From the NCBI GenBank assembly GCA_963754945.1, contig CAVWIG010000023.1, positions 1 through 64,000 of the forward strand: a stretch of DNA of 64,000 nt, written 5' to 3'. Positions 11,748 through 22,328 of the stretch are shown here, in pieces. The notes below the pieces were generated by a model. That model saw only the letters and a list, made by a program, of their open reading frames with translations. It ran no database searches and was not told the origin of the DNA. This DNA comes from Methanotrichaceae archaeon (GTDB lineage Archaea > Halobacteriota > Methanosarcinia > Methanotrichales > Methanotrichaceae). Every line of letters starts with the position of its first letter. The stretch's first letter is position 1. The translations under genes and the position numbers were made by a program.

Positions 11748-11821
11748 ATAAAAAGCTTTTGGTATCTAAATTCTCAAGCGCCAAAAGCTATATAACCATA
11801 GAGCCTAATAATTAGTAAATA

Positions 11822-11977
11822 ATGCCTAAAACTACATTGACCCTTTCAGAACCAACAGCCAAAACTCTGAGGGTCTACACTGCACAAACCAAAAACAGCA
11901 TGCGTGCCCAAAGCGAAGTTGTAGAGGAAGCGCTAAAAGAGTTCTTCGAGAGGCGCAATGTGAAGATCGAGGAGTAA
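11822..11977 (+). CDS. Ribbon-helix-helix (CopG-like) protein, 51 aa (not in ORF track)
   Basis: MPKTTLTLSEPTAKTLRVYTAQ...QSEVVEEALKEFF; TATA upstream. Confidence 0.7.
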   Translation: MPKTTLTLSEPTAKTLRVYTAQTKNSMRAQSEVVEEALKEFFERRNVKIEE

Positions 11978-11991
11978 CCAAATAAGCGAAC

Positions 11992-12234
11992 ATGATGAAG
12001 GCGCAATCGATGGCTCGACGCAACGACCAGCATGCAGTTGATCTCGATACGTATATTTCGAAGAATAGCCGATTCAAATTTTTCGTCTATGATAGAAGAG
12101 AGATTCGTACTATCGCAGATAATTTGGGATTCAAAACTGATCGTGTACGTACAGAACTTAAAAAGCTGGGCTACTGTTTAATTAAGAGCAACAATGGTCG
12201 ACTGGTCTGGAAAAGAGATGTTGTGTGGATATGA
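11992..12234 (+). CDS. Small basic putative winged-helix DNA-binding protein
   Basis: IADNLGF...VR.EL.KLGY; 14 nt after the RHH gene. Confidence 0.5.
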   Translation: MMKAQSMARRNDQHAVDLDTYISKNSRFKFFVYDRREIRTIADNLGFKTDRVRTELKKLGYCLIKSNNGRLVWKRDVVWI

Positions 12235-12345
12235 TGGCGAAGCGTAAAATCGATGCCTAGCACTTTTTGACCTTCTGAGTTTACACCAATACAAGAAGTG
12301 CATGCAAATAAATTTCCAAAAAAAATACGGCTGGCGGCTGCAGCT

Positions 12346-12501
12346 TTACAGTATAAGCGATATTACCGCCAATATGATGAATATTATAACCAGCCATTTA
12401 GCAATATCCATTGATAAGCCCGCGACTCCGCGTGCTCCCAATGCTCCTGCTATTATGGCGAGTATGAAGAACCCTATTGCCAAGCTAAGTAAGCCTGCCA
12501 T
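12346..12501 (-). CDS. DUF1328/UPF0391 small membrane protein
   Basis: [37 protein letters not shown]; AGGAG RBS. Confidence 0.85.
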   Translation of the reverse strand: MAGLLSLAIGFFILAIIAGALGARGVAGLSMDIAKWLVIIFIILAVISLIL

Positions 12502-12535
12502 TTCGTGATCTCCTAGATTTTGATAATTGCTACAC

Positions 12536-13293
12536 TCAATAGGTCGATTGTTGCGCTCCGTAAGGCTGCGTTGAGCCTGAAGGTGGCACGACTGACCCTG
12601 GTTGAGTCTGGGCAAACACATCCACGATGACCACGTTGCTTGGCTGATTGTTCACCACATAGAGCAGTATATGTCTTCCTACTTGGTCGGCATTGAAGTT
12701 CATAGTGTTATAGCCGGGGTTGAACTGATAAGTGTTGTACTTAGGACTGGTTGTGCTTGTCTGAACCATCTCGTAGAAGCCTGCTGATCCTCCATCTGGC
12801 GAATAGGCGACTAGCTGCAGCCAGGTTCCAAGCGGGCTCACTACATACTGGGACCAGTCTGTCGCTCCCTGAACCCAGAGTTCGTTGGTCCTGGAAGTCG
12901 CAGAAGATACATACTGGTTGTATGGCAATGGCTGGCCGGTGCCGAAATATATCCTTGATGGCGTTTTTTGAGCAATGTCGAACTTGACCGGGGTACTGAT
13001 TATACCGCCCACTACTGGCGTACTCGTGCTTGTATAATACTCGCTAAAGGATGAAAATGTGCTGTCATTAAACCTTTGGCTAGTGAAGGAAATATCAGAG
13101 CTGTACCAGGGGAAGTTGGGGTAATTTCCGCTAGAGATTGAGTTGGGGTTAAGATAATCTCCGCCTGATCCCATTTACCATCACTGTTTCCTTTGTTCCC
13201 ATCGCCTTTTCCATTGTTCCCATCACTGTTTCCTATGGCACAAGAAATTCCCAAGAATGCGATAGCAGTAATGACTATCAGTTTATTTAGCAT
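12536..13293 (-). pseudogene. Secreted protein of the WxQGATxWxQY...ADxxGRH family, frameshifted near 13175
   Basis: Signal peptide and G/N linker in ORF 13012-13293; conserved domain in another frame (12536-13174). Confidence 0.7.
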
Positions 13294-14162
13294 ATTTTCT
13301 CACCTAGGTACTGTAGAATTTGATTGTTGGATATGTAATTATTGTTTCATAATAATGGCTGACCAAACATGCTAAGAAGTAGACCCTTATCATACCAAGA
13401 CTGCGCTTGTACTTGATTTATTTCGATGGCCTTATCGTATGCATTAAGCGCTCCCTCATAAGGTTATGCAGCATGTTATTGCCTAACAGAGATATGTGAG
13501 ATTGATAGTAGTAAGGCTCGATGGCCGAAATGTACCTACCATCAATCTCAATATTTATGTCAGTGATGCATTATCTCTAAGATATTGTATGTACAGGCTT
13601 CGTTGATCCTGCTGGAGACTGGGCAAAAACGTCCACAACGACCACGTTGCTGGGCTGGTTGTTAACCACGAAGTAGAGTGTGTGTCTTCCAACCTGGTCG
13701 GCATAGAAGTTCATAGTGTTATAACCTGGGTTGAACTGATAGGTATTGTACTTCGAACTGGTTGTGCTGGTCTGAATCATCTCATAGAAGCCAGCTGGCC
13801 CTCCAACGGGCGCATTGGCGACAAGCTGTAACCAGGACCCGACTGGGCTTACCACATACTGTGTCCAGTTTGTTGCTCCTTGGATCCAGAGGTCGTTGGT
13901 CTTTGATGGCACTGTGGATACATATTGGGTGTATGGCAACCCTTGGCCGGTTCCGTAGTATATCCTGGATGGCGTTTTCTGCGCTATATTGAACTTGGCA
14001 GGATTGCTTATTATCCCGCCAACTACAGGCGTACCGGTGGTTGTATAATACTCTCTGAAGGGCGAAAACGTTGTGTCGCTATACGATTGGCTGTAGAATG
14101 AACCACCCGAGCTGTACCAGGGGTAGTTGGGAACTGGCTGATCGAGCCACTGCATCATACTA

Positions 14163-15344
14163 GTGCACCATAACGCAAGTTTTAAATCTTATAAAAGGTC
14201 TAGAATATAGATCGTGGCAAGAAAAACAAAATTCTGTGTGAAACTGGAAGAGAAAGAACGAGAAGAGTTGAACCAGTACATCCGTCGTGGGAAGTCGTCT
14301 GCAAGGAGTTTAACTCGCGCAAGAATACTGCTCCTGGCCGATGGAGGGCAATCCGATGCGGAGATCATTGATGCATTGAAGGCGAGCAGAACGACAATAG
14401 TGAGGATAAGAAAGAGATATTTCGAGGGTGGCCTGGAATCTGCATTGAATGAAAGATCTCGCAGTGGAGCGCCTCCGAAGATAGATGCACGAGTTGAGGC
14501 TAAACTGACCGGCATTGCTTGCTCAGATCCGCCTGAAGGCAGATCGAGATGGACGCTGAATCTATTGGCCGACAAGCTTGTTGAGCTGGGGGAAGTGGAC
14601 TCGATCTCAGGAATGAGCGTTTGCAGAGCGTTAAAAAAAATGAAATAAAGCCATGGCTCAAACAGCGATGGTGCATAGGGAGCATGACGAGCGAATATAT
14701 CTGGAACATGGAAAATGTATTAACTCTGTACGAGCAACCATATGATCCGAGGCATCCTGTGGTTTGTTTCGACGAGAGGCCATGCCAACTGATAGGCGAT
14801 GTCTTAGTGCCTATACCCATGAAACCAGGCAGTCCGAAGAAGGTGCATTATGAATACGTCCGTAACGGGACATGTTGCATCCTTATTGCTTTTGATCTTC
14901 ATGCAGGAAAAAGAATGATTCGTGTCATGGAGCACAGGACAAGGGTGGACTACGCCCATTTCATGAAAGAACTTACCCAGCAATATCCAGGTGTAGAATC
15001 CATTCGATTGGTCCAGGATAATCTCAATACGCATACTTCAGGCTCATTTTATAATGCTTTTGCGCCTGAAGAGGCGTTTGAGCTGGCTAAGGAGTTCGAA
15101 TATTATTATACGCCAAAGAAAGGTAGCTGGCTCAACATGGCTGAGATAGAACTCTCAGCCCTATCGAAGCAATGCCTCGATCGTCGGATTGGAGACATCG
15201 ATACTTTAACCAAAGAGGCTTCGGTGTGGGCACAAGAACGTAACGCAAAAAAAACTACTGTAAGATGGAAATTCACGAAGAATGATGCAAGATTAAAGCT
15301 AAACAGGCATTATATTAATTTGCAAAATTAATGTTATGGTGCAC
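14163..15344 (+). mobile_element. IS630-family element, copy 2
   Basis: Near-identical to copy 1 (offset 5465); same TIRs, CTAG target. Confidence 0.95.
14214..15331 (+). CDS. IS630 transposase (frameshift-joined)
   Basis: As copy 1; DEG vs DGG difference. Confidence 0.92.
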
Positions 15345-15560
15345 TAGCTAGCCCTGTATCAGGATTTGTGTTCATTTGACTATCCGATAAAGGTTGTGCG
15401 CTTGCCTGAAACGCAAGGCAGACGAGCGCCGTCATAGACAGCAAAATTTTGCTATATTTCATTTTAACACCTACTATTACTTAAACCGGCTTCTTGGACT
15501 TTCTAAATGAAATTGAACTCAAAGTTTTAAGGGGACGGACAGGCAAATAGCGAAAGAATG

Positions 15561-15920
15561 TCAAAAGTCTTTTGAATCCATATCGGATCTGCCTGAATTG
15601 TTTTTATATTGTTTATTCAGCGTATCAGCCATCTTATTTTCTATGTTAGCTTTCGCTTTCTCAGCATCAGCTTTCGCATGTACCATCTTATTACCTACAT
15701 TAGCCTTCGCTTTTGCTGCATCAGCCTTTATGTCAGCATTTGCGTAAGCCGCCTTCTTCTCCAGCTCATCACCATGCCCAAATTTGGCCTCTACCATCTC
15801 CACATCAGCCTTTGCATCGGCCTTTGCGTGGGACAATTAGATTCCCTATATCGGACACTGCATTCATAGCATCAGCTTTCATAATCTCTACATTTCGTTT
15901 AACATTTTTTTAATTCCACC
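15561..15920 (-). pseudogene. LEA/hydrophilin-like A/K/D-rich repeat protein, frameshifted 5' end
   Basis: HAKADA repeats; upstream MKADAMNAVSDIGN segment lies in another frame. Confidence 0.6.
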
Positions 15921-16265
15921 TTTTATGCTTCTAACTCTTAGTACGATGTCTTTAAATAAAAAGCTTTTGGTACCTTAATTCTGTGGTACCACAAGCTATG
16001 CAGGTATAAACATCAATAAATTAAAGTGAGAGATCCATAATTATTTGCCCATCCAAATCGATGGCTGAAAAGGGTATGCCCAGAATTGGCATGGATTCCG
16101 TCTTTGGCTACTAAATATAGATCATTTTCCGTTGAGACTGCGATGCATCTTCCTTGCTAGGACCAAGAGGAGGGGGATAACCGTCCCTAACACAAACAAT
16201 GTTTTTATAAGTTTCTTTATCATAGTTCGCCTCATTAAACTAATATTCCCGTTAAAGCTAAAAAT

Positions 16266-16604
16266 TTAAGAGACCCTATCTTTTCTCCTCAGATCTAAGA
16301 AGGCCACTGCCAGAATCCCGGCTATCGCAAGGGTAGTCTCGAAGCCAGGAGTCGTGCTAGTAGTAGTTGTTGATTTAGACGTACTTGTAGGCCCTGTGGC
16401 AGGATTCGAGCTTGTTGTGGTCGTAGTTGATTGGGTAGCATTAGAGCCAAGAGCCGAGGCAGTTGTGGTTGTAGTTGATTTGGTAACATCGGGGCTGGGA
16501 TTCATGCTGGTTGCAGTTGTAGTAGATTTACTTATATCTGCTGCTACACCTAAAGCTAGCAGCATCATAGTGGCGATAAGCATGGCCACTAATATCTTTT
16601 TCAT
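16266..16604 (-). CDS. Small Thr/Ser-rich PGF-CTERM surface protein
   Basis: Signal peptide, four KSTTTT-type repeats, TPGF + TM + RRK tail (archaeosortase A signal). Confidence 0.88.
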   Translation of the reverse strand: MKKILVAMLIATMMLLALGVAADISKSTTTATSMNPSPDVTKSTTTTTASALGSNATQSTTTTTSSNPATGPTSTSKSTTTTSTTPGFETTLAIAGILAVAFLDLRRKDRVS

Positions 16605-16692
16605 ATCGAACTTCCTTTCTATTGGGATCTTTATGAATCACGCCTGTTGCCCAAGCATATCCATAATGTGTTTAGGGCGAGTAATGCGCATC

Positions 16693-16881
16693 CTAACTTC
16701 CAAGCTGCAGTACAGCGAAGTGGAATGAGCCTCCAAATATGAGTGATATTACCGACAGTATGACGAATACTATTATTAGCCATTTGGCAATATCCATAGA
16801 TATGCCTGCACCACGTACTCCCAATACCCCAAGTATCAGAGCTATTACAAAGAACACTATGGCCAAATAGAGCAAATCCAT
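16693..16881 (-). CDS. DUF1328/UPF0391 paralog
   Basis: [35 protein letters not shown]. Confidence 0.8.
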   Translation of the reverse strand: MDLLYLAIVFFVIALILGVLGVRGAGISMDIAKWLIIVFVILSVISLIFGGSFHFAVLQLGS

Positions 16882-16995
16882 TTTTATACACTCCAAGATA
16901 TTGATTATTGTTTAGTCTCACCTGTCGATTTTGACTCTCAGCCCAGAATCTACATGAATTAGTTATATATTGTTTAATCCAGTGAATCAGCCTTC

Positions 16996-17219
16996 CTATT
17001 TCCTATGTTCAGCTTTCGTCTTCTCCAGATCGACTTTTGCATGTGACAGCTTATTCTTTACATCAGCCATCCCTTTCTCAGCAGCCGCATTTATGTCAGC
17101 CTTTGAATAAGCAACCTTCTTCTCTACATCACTTTTGCCAAAATTAGCCTTGACCTTCCCTGCATCAGCTATCCCTTTCTTTACATCAGCCTTTGCCTCT
17201 CTATAGTTTCATTTGTCAT
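16996..17219 (-). pseudogene. Second LEA-like paralog, frameshifted (not in ORF track)
   Basis: MTNETIE / AKADVKKGIADAGKVKANFGKSDVEKKVAYSKADI..NKLSHAK aligns with 15561-15836. Confidence 0.65.
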
Positions 17220-17509
17220 TTTTCCAATCTTCCTTTTTGCGCTCTAACTCTTAATACGACTTCTTTGAATATAAGCTTTTTTTGATTCAAAATTTCCTGG
17301 ATTTGAGCATAGATCATCCCTTGAGTTTGAGCTGGCGCAGAATCCAGCTCCGGCTGAGGCTTATTTTTGGAGGCATGGAACGATCCATTTTTTCTCTTAT
17401 TCATTCAACACCGCGCCTCCTATAGTTCCTTCGCATCTCTTCATGTCAATGGCTCAGGCATGACTAGAGAGTGCCGAAGATACGTGGAACCAGTAGATCG
17501 TTGATTAAC

Positions 17510-17686
17510 TTATAGCCCAAAAGGCCAGCGTCTATGGTGTCCCACTATGATGATCGATACTAATGCCAGAACAATGAGGATTATAACCAGCCATTGGGTT
17601 GACACGCCCAAGAAACTCACTCCTGCTATTGCTACTATAAGAGCGAGTACTAAGAGCACTGTAGTCCAGTTGAGCGGTTTCGCCAT
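17510..17686 (-). CDS. Divergent DUF1328-like two-TM protein
   Basis: Two hydrophobic helices, WLVII motif, same GGAGTGTA.AAAAATG leader as 16881. Confidence 0.65.
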   Translation of the reverse strand: MAKPLNWTTVLLVLALIVAIAGVSFLGVSTQWLVIILIVLALVSIIIVGHHRRWPFGL

Positions 17687-18197
17687 TTTTGTACACTCCA
17701 TTCGTCTAATTCAAGCGTGATTGCAAATCGGAACGATGCCTTCGTCATGTCACTGTTGCGTTGCGCCTGAGCAAACACGTCCACAATGACCACGTTGCTT
17801 GGCTGGTTGTTCGCCACGAAGTAGAGCATGTGTCTTCCCACTTGATCGGCGACGAAGTTCATGGTGTTATAGCCGGGGTTGAACTGGTAAGTGTTATACT
17901 TCACAGTGTTTGTATCGGTCTGAACTATCTCGTAGAATCCCGCAGGCCCTACTACGGGAGCATTGGCGACCAACTGTATCCAGGTTCCGACTGGGCTTAC
18001 CACATACTGTGCCCAGTTTGTTGCTCCCTGGACCCAGAGGTCGTTGGTCCCGGATGGCACTGTGGATACATATTGGGTGTATGGCAACGCTATGGCCGGT
18101 GCCGTAGTATATCCTGGATGGCGTCCGATGAGCTATATCGAACTTGGACGGTGGTGCTGATTATCCCGCTCACTATATGGCATGCCAGAGGTTGTAG
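17650..18197 (-). pseudogene. Third paralog of the secreted family, multiply frameshifted and 5'-truncated
   Basis: High DNA similarity to 13620-14040; about three frameshifts in 18085-18180. Confidence 0.85.
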
Positions 18198-18477
18198 ACA
18201 ATAAATCGGAACTTCAAAAATCCAACCGGATCAACCTGCGGAATTTCCTCGGGCGAGCCGTTGAGGAGAGGACAAAATTATTCGTTCAGGAGGGAATACG
18301 ATGACGACATCACCCACAAATGAAGAACAACATGATATGATTCAACGGCTCCTAATTGAGATCGTGGCCAAAAATGGATTGCCGCAATCGAGATTGTCGA
18401 TGCCACTAAATTATGAAACATCCTGATGACATAGGCAAAAGGCGCAACTACGGAAAAAGTTATAGGTGGTAAAAGAA

Positions 18478-18594
18478 ATGATCGAGAAATGTGGCGATTG
18501 CTCGCGGTGGAATCGCTGTAAGTGGTTCATATCAAGCATCAATAAGGAGTCTGAATGTGCATTTGAATCAAGCAGATTCCAAAAGCAAAGCTAG
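18478..18594 (+). CDS. Putative 38-aa Cys-rich microprotein
   Basis: MIEKCGDCSRWNRCKWF...ECAFE; AGGTGGT RBS. Confidence 0.4.
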   Translation: MIEKCGDCSRWNRCKWFISSINKESECAFESSRFQKQS

Positions 18595-19165
18595 GCCTGC
18601 CAATTTCGCAGTGCTTTTTGCGGGTCCTTAATTACATCAATCACAATAAATTTCCTGATGGAAAAAGGTTCAAGAAAATTCGAATGCTGAGTGGGCTAAG
18701 ATCGCTGCTCGGACAATGAAAGGGAGGAGCGTGCTCTTGCCGGACATTTGTGCAGGCAACTTGCATTTACGCAAGGTTCCAGATTTCGGGGACGAGCAGA
18801 TAGTTGAGAGTTGAGTGCATGTACAAAAAAGAAAGCTTTAGATGTAAAGGTTGTATAGGAATTCATGCTGGATGCAACCTCGTATCGCTTGACCCTCAAG
18901 TGAGTGACATGGTAGGGACAGGTGGTTTGGTCCATCCAGGCTTGATCCCGGCATCAACCCTTTGATTTTTGATTTACGCAGTTATGTGAATGCTATTGGC
19001 AGCCGTGAATGATAGAAACGCAGAGCTACAGTCAAGAATCTAGATACTCATTAAGGTCATTTCCACTGTAGACCGTTTTACCTTTGGACTGCTTTACTTT
19101 ATGGAACTCCGTGGGAAAAGGGTTGCTATTTTCTAATTTCTTTCTTAGAACCCACATTCCGCGGT

Positions 19166-20779
19166 TCACTCCATCCCGTAATATTTTTGGCACTCGCTGC
19201 CTAATAATTCAAGAATAGTGCTCTGTGGGTCACTCAGATGTATTATAGTCTTAATGATTGTTCCACCATCCGTAACAGCCGATACAATGACGCCCATAAA
19301 GATCTCAAAGACCCAACGCATAGTAGGTCGCTGAGTTGGTTTGTTTACCTGATCAGGTATGGTTTGCTCTGTCTCTTTTAGTTCCTTCCTGAGCTTCCAT
19401 TCAGCGAATGAATATATGAGAAGACTCAAGACCATGATCATGCAAAGTGCTTCGATCCTCTCCTCTTTTTTGAGATAGACCTCGGAAACATGGAAGCTCT
19501 TATCCTTCAAGAATCTGAATCCACGTTCGACCGCTTGCTGTCCTTTATAATAATTTAGCATGACCTCGGAGTCGAGATCGACTTGATTGCTGGCCAAAAC
19601 AAATCGACCCAAGTTCTTGCGAGCTTCTATTAGAGCTTCCTCGTTGAGTTCTATCTCACTTTCAATCACGTAGCTCACGTTCAAAAGTTCATCTTTTTTC
19701 GGACGTCCTCGTTTCTTTTCTGCTTTTTCCATAACGGGCATGACCTGCACATTCTTGAGCAGATGATGTGGATGCGCAGATTGCCATAATCTCGAATCAT
19801 TATCTGCGTCCGGTATGCAGGCAAATTTCTTTCTCATTAGCTTTTTGAGATCTTTTTCGGCCTCAGTCGTTTCTTTTTCAATTTTTTTCTCGAACGTTTT
19901 TTCGTTCCTCTTTTTCATTTCTTCAGACCAAACAACAACCGCACGCTGAGGAACACCTGCGTAATTGAGATCGGTTGTGAAAAAAGCGTATCTTGGATCG
20001 TTGCCAGGAATCATATTTAAGTTGGAGTTGAGTAGCTTTTGAGCTTCTGCTACAGTCGCTGGGATATGTGTAATCCATTTTGTATCTGTTCCCAAGAGTT
20101 TGATATTTTCTTCTGTGTACAATGCGCTATCTGCGATCCAATAGCTTTCATCGTCAAAATCAATCGCTTGTTGCGTTTTTTGTATCATTTCCATTATGCT
20201 CTTCTTATCCGATTTATTTCCTGAGTATGCTTTAGCAAAGAGCGGTAAACCAAATTGATTTGTAACCATGCCGAGCACGAACCTCTTCAGATCCATTCTA
20301 CCGTCTTTGGCATGACCAAAAGTAACCCGGATTGAATCAGTACCATCTGGCGCATCATTATCATATTTTCCATAGACGCTGAAGTTTGTTGTATCTACAT
20401 GGATCAGTTGAGTTCCAATGGAAAATTGTTTCATGATGTGCAAAGAGATCTCATTGAAAAGCTCAGTGGCACCGCTTTTGTAAATCGCATCAAGTGTCCT
20501 GCCAACGACATCATCATTGAGGTCGGTTGGACTGATGCCCTTACCAAGCAACTTTTCTGTAGGAATCGTCATGAAAAAGTTGGGGAAAAGGTACAGTCGC
20601 TGACCAGTAAAACCCAAGCCGTTCAGGATCATGGCTTTGATAATTACTGAATGAAGAAGATTTCGCGAACCTCTCTTGGGAAGAACTCGATCAATTACAT
20701 CAGCGATATTCAATGAATCAAATATGCCAGCAACTATGCCAAGGTGACCTATCAAATATGATTGGACATCCATATCCAT
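19166..20779 (-). CDS. IS1634 transposase
   Basis: GHLGIVAG, HVDTT, FGHAKDGR.DL, IADSALY, YKGQ..VERGFRFLK, PTMRWVF. Confidence 0.93.
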   Translation of the reverse strand: MDMDVQSYLIGHLGIVAGIFDSLNIADVIDRVLPKRGSRNLLHSVIIKAMILNGLGFTGQRLYLFPNFFMTIPTEKLLGKGISPTDLNDDVVGRTLDAIYKSGATELFNEISLHIMKQFSIGTQLIHVDTTNFSVYGKYDNDAPDGTDSIRVTFGHAKDGRMDLKRFVLGMVTNQFGLPLFAKAYSGNKSDKKSIMEMIQKTQQAIDFDDESYWIADSALYTEENIKLLGTDTKWITHIPATVAEAQKLLNSNLNMIPGNDPRYAFFTTDLNYAGVPQRAVVVWSEEMKKRNEKTFEKKIEKETTEAEKDLKKLMRKKFACIPDADNDSRLWQSAHPHHLLKNVQVMPVMEKAEKKRGRPKKDELLNVSYVIESEIELNEEALIEARKNLGRFVLASNQVDLDSEVMLNYYKGQQAVERGFRFLKDKSFHVSEVYLKKEERIEALCMIMVLSLLIYSFAEWKLRKELKETEQTIPDQVNKPTQRPTMRWVFEIFMGVIVSAVTDGGTIIKTIIHLSDPQSTILELLGSECQKYYGME

Positions 20780-20860
20780 GCTACTTCCCTTCTTGGAAGC
20801 AGTAGGAAGTTGTTATTAAATAATCTTTCCCATTTTAATCGTAGGCTATTTCCGGATTAT

Positions 20861-21011
20861 TTTAAAACGCAATACCCCGCAGCTTGCTGCGGCTGGGATA
20901 AAGAGCATGTAACTCCAACTTAAGGATGCTTCAGATTTCGTAGAGCATTTTTATGCGTCGGCGGGAACATGCCCCGCTGCTTGCAGCGGGGTCCGCCGAC
21001 GCAACGTTGAC
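20861..21011 (+). mobile_element. Non-autonomous IS200-derived miniature element (151 bp)
   Basis: Both hairpin ends match the 11156-11747 element in reverse complement; preceded by TTAT, ends TTGAC. Confidence 0.85.
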
Positions 21012-21023
21012 TGATGCGAAGCG

Positions 21024-21140
21024 TGCTGTGTTGCATAACTCAGAACCACGATGTCGATTGCTATCGATTTTGCTCATTTACCTATCATTACTGATATGCT
21101 CCGATGCATATCGATTTTAGCAAATTTATGCAACACAGCA
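21024..21140. mobile_element. 117-bp MITE
   Basis: Perfect 15-bp TIR TGCTGTGTTGCATAA; 8-bp TSD GCGAAGCG. Confidence 0.88.
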
Positions 21141-21222
21141 GCGAAGCGCGGAATGTAGGTTAGAACATTTTTAAATATGTATAAGGTCATCTCTTAATAA
21201 GATTACAATATGGTGGGATAAA

Positions 21223-21648
21223 ATGTATAAACGGATTTTGGTCACCACGGACGGTTCTAACAAGTCAAGAATGGCTGCTAAAGAGGGTATAGAGTTGGCT
21301 AAAGCTCTAGGAGCACAAGTAATTGCGCTTAACGTTGTAAACGAGGTTGTAATTACAAGCGCAGTGAGACAGCTAGGATCTGATAGAAAGGATGCGGAAG
21401 CAAAGCTCATGGCTGGAGGCCAGAAGGCAGTCGATGAAATAAAGAAGATGGGCGATGACGCTGGGATCAAAGTTGACGCAATGCTGAAGATCGGTGTTCC
21501 CGCAAACGACATCATCGATGTTGCATCCTCGGAGAAGGCAGATCTTATCGTAATTGGAAGTCATGGTGAATCCGGAGAACAATCGATAGGCAGCGTAGTG
21601 CAGAAAGTAGTTTACTGGGCGACGATTCCAGTCCTAGTAGTGAGATGA
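21223..21648 (+). CDS. Universal stress protein (UspA family)
   Basis: MYKRILVTTDGS, ADLIVIGSHG, GSV, PVLVVR. Confidence 0.93.
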   Translation: MYKRILVTTDGSNKSRMAAKEGIELAKALGAQVIALNVVNEVVITSAVRQLGSDRKDAEAKLMAGGQKAVDEIKKMGDDAGIKVDAMLKIGVPANDIIDVASSEKADLIVIGSHGESGEQSIGSVVQKVVYWATIPVLVVR

Positions 21649-21762
21649 TACTGTCTTTATGCCGAGAATATTCCATATAAAAAAGAAAATGTTGTAAAAT
21701 GATTGCATTCGGTAGTACTCCTTCGTGGGCTGGTTCGGCGGCAGAGCAGGGAAGTGAGGGTA

Positions 21763-22170
21763 ATGCAGAAAAATGAACAAACAGCAGATGAGAGTGAAGT
21801 AGCTTCCATGAAGAAAGATATTAGTGATGCCTTGGGAGCCAACTATTACGATTGCATGCAGGCACTTGACAGCAGGTTTACCGAGCTAAGGTTAGGCACT
21901 CCCGTGCGGGAAAACTACGCGCTCATGCAGGATGCCATAGTCAGGCTGCAGGAGGAGATATTGGATAGCAATGACATGGAGTACACGGACGATGACTACG
22001 AGGAAGTGACCAAGGAGTTCTATGAAGAGCTGCTTGATGAGGAGACAGGTATAGATCTGCGTGGCCGGGCGGTCATTGACTTCGTGATCAGTAGGCTTAA
22101 AGGCATCCTCGAAGGCATTGAGAAAGAAAAGAGTGAAGAAGAGAAGGACGAGGAGGAAGAGAGCAGGTGA
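21763..22170 (+). CDS. Acidic hypothetical protein
   Basis: 135-aa E/D-rich ORF with GTGAGG RBS. Confidence 0.6.
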   Translation: MQKNEQTADESEVASMKKDISDALGANYYDCMQALDSRFTELRLGTPVRENYALMQDAIVRLQEEILDSNDMEYTDDDYEEVTKEFYEELLDEETGIDLRGRAVIDFVISRLKGILEGIEKEKSEEEKDEEEESR

Positions 22171-22328
22171 TGAGAAGTTTCAAAATGGCAAATTTCAGCA
22201 AACAGGATTAAAATCGGCCTGGAATACCCCAAGCCTTTTGATCCTCTAAAAAAAAGGTGGTTATCAAAGCCACTACTTCTTCCCAGATGAGCTTGTGTAG
22301 CAAGTGTCCAGAAGAGAACTCTTCCTTA

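Larger units (their letters stand above)
13577..15462 (-). pseudogene. Secreted paralog of the same family, interrupted by IS630 copy 2
   Basis: Removing the IS and one TA restores MKYSKILLSMTALVCLAFQASAQ...GLASMMQWLDQP in frame. Confidence 0.9.
19151..21159 (-). mobile_element. IS1634-family element
   Basis: TIR CCCACATTCCGCG / CGCGGAATGTAGG; 6-bp TSD TTAGAA (19145-50, 21160-65). Confidence 0.92.
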
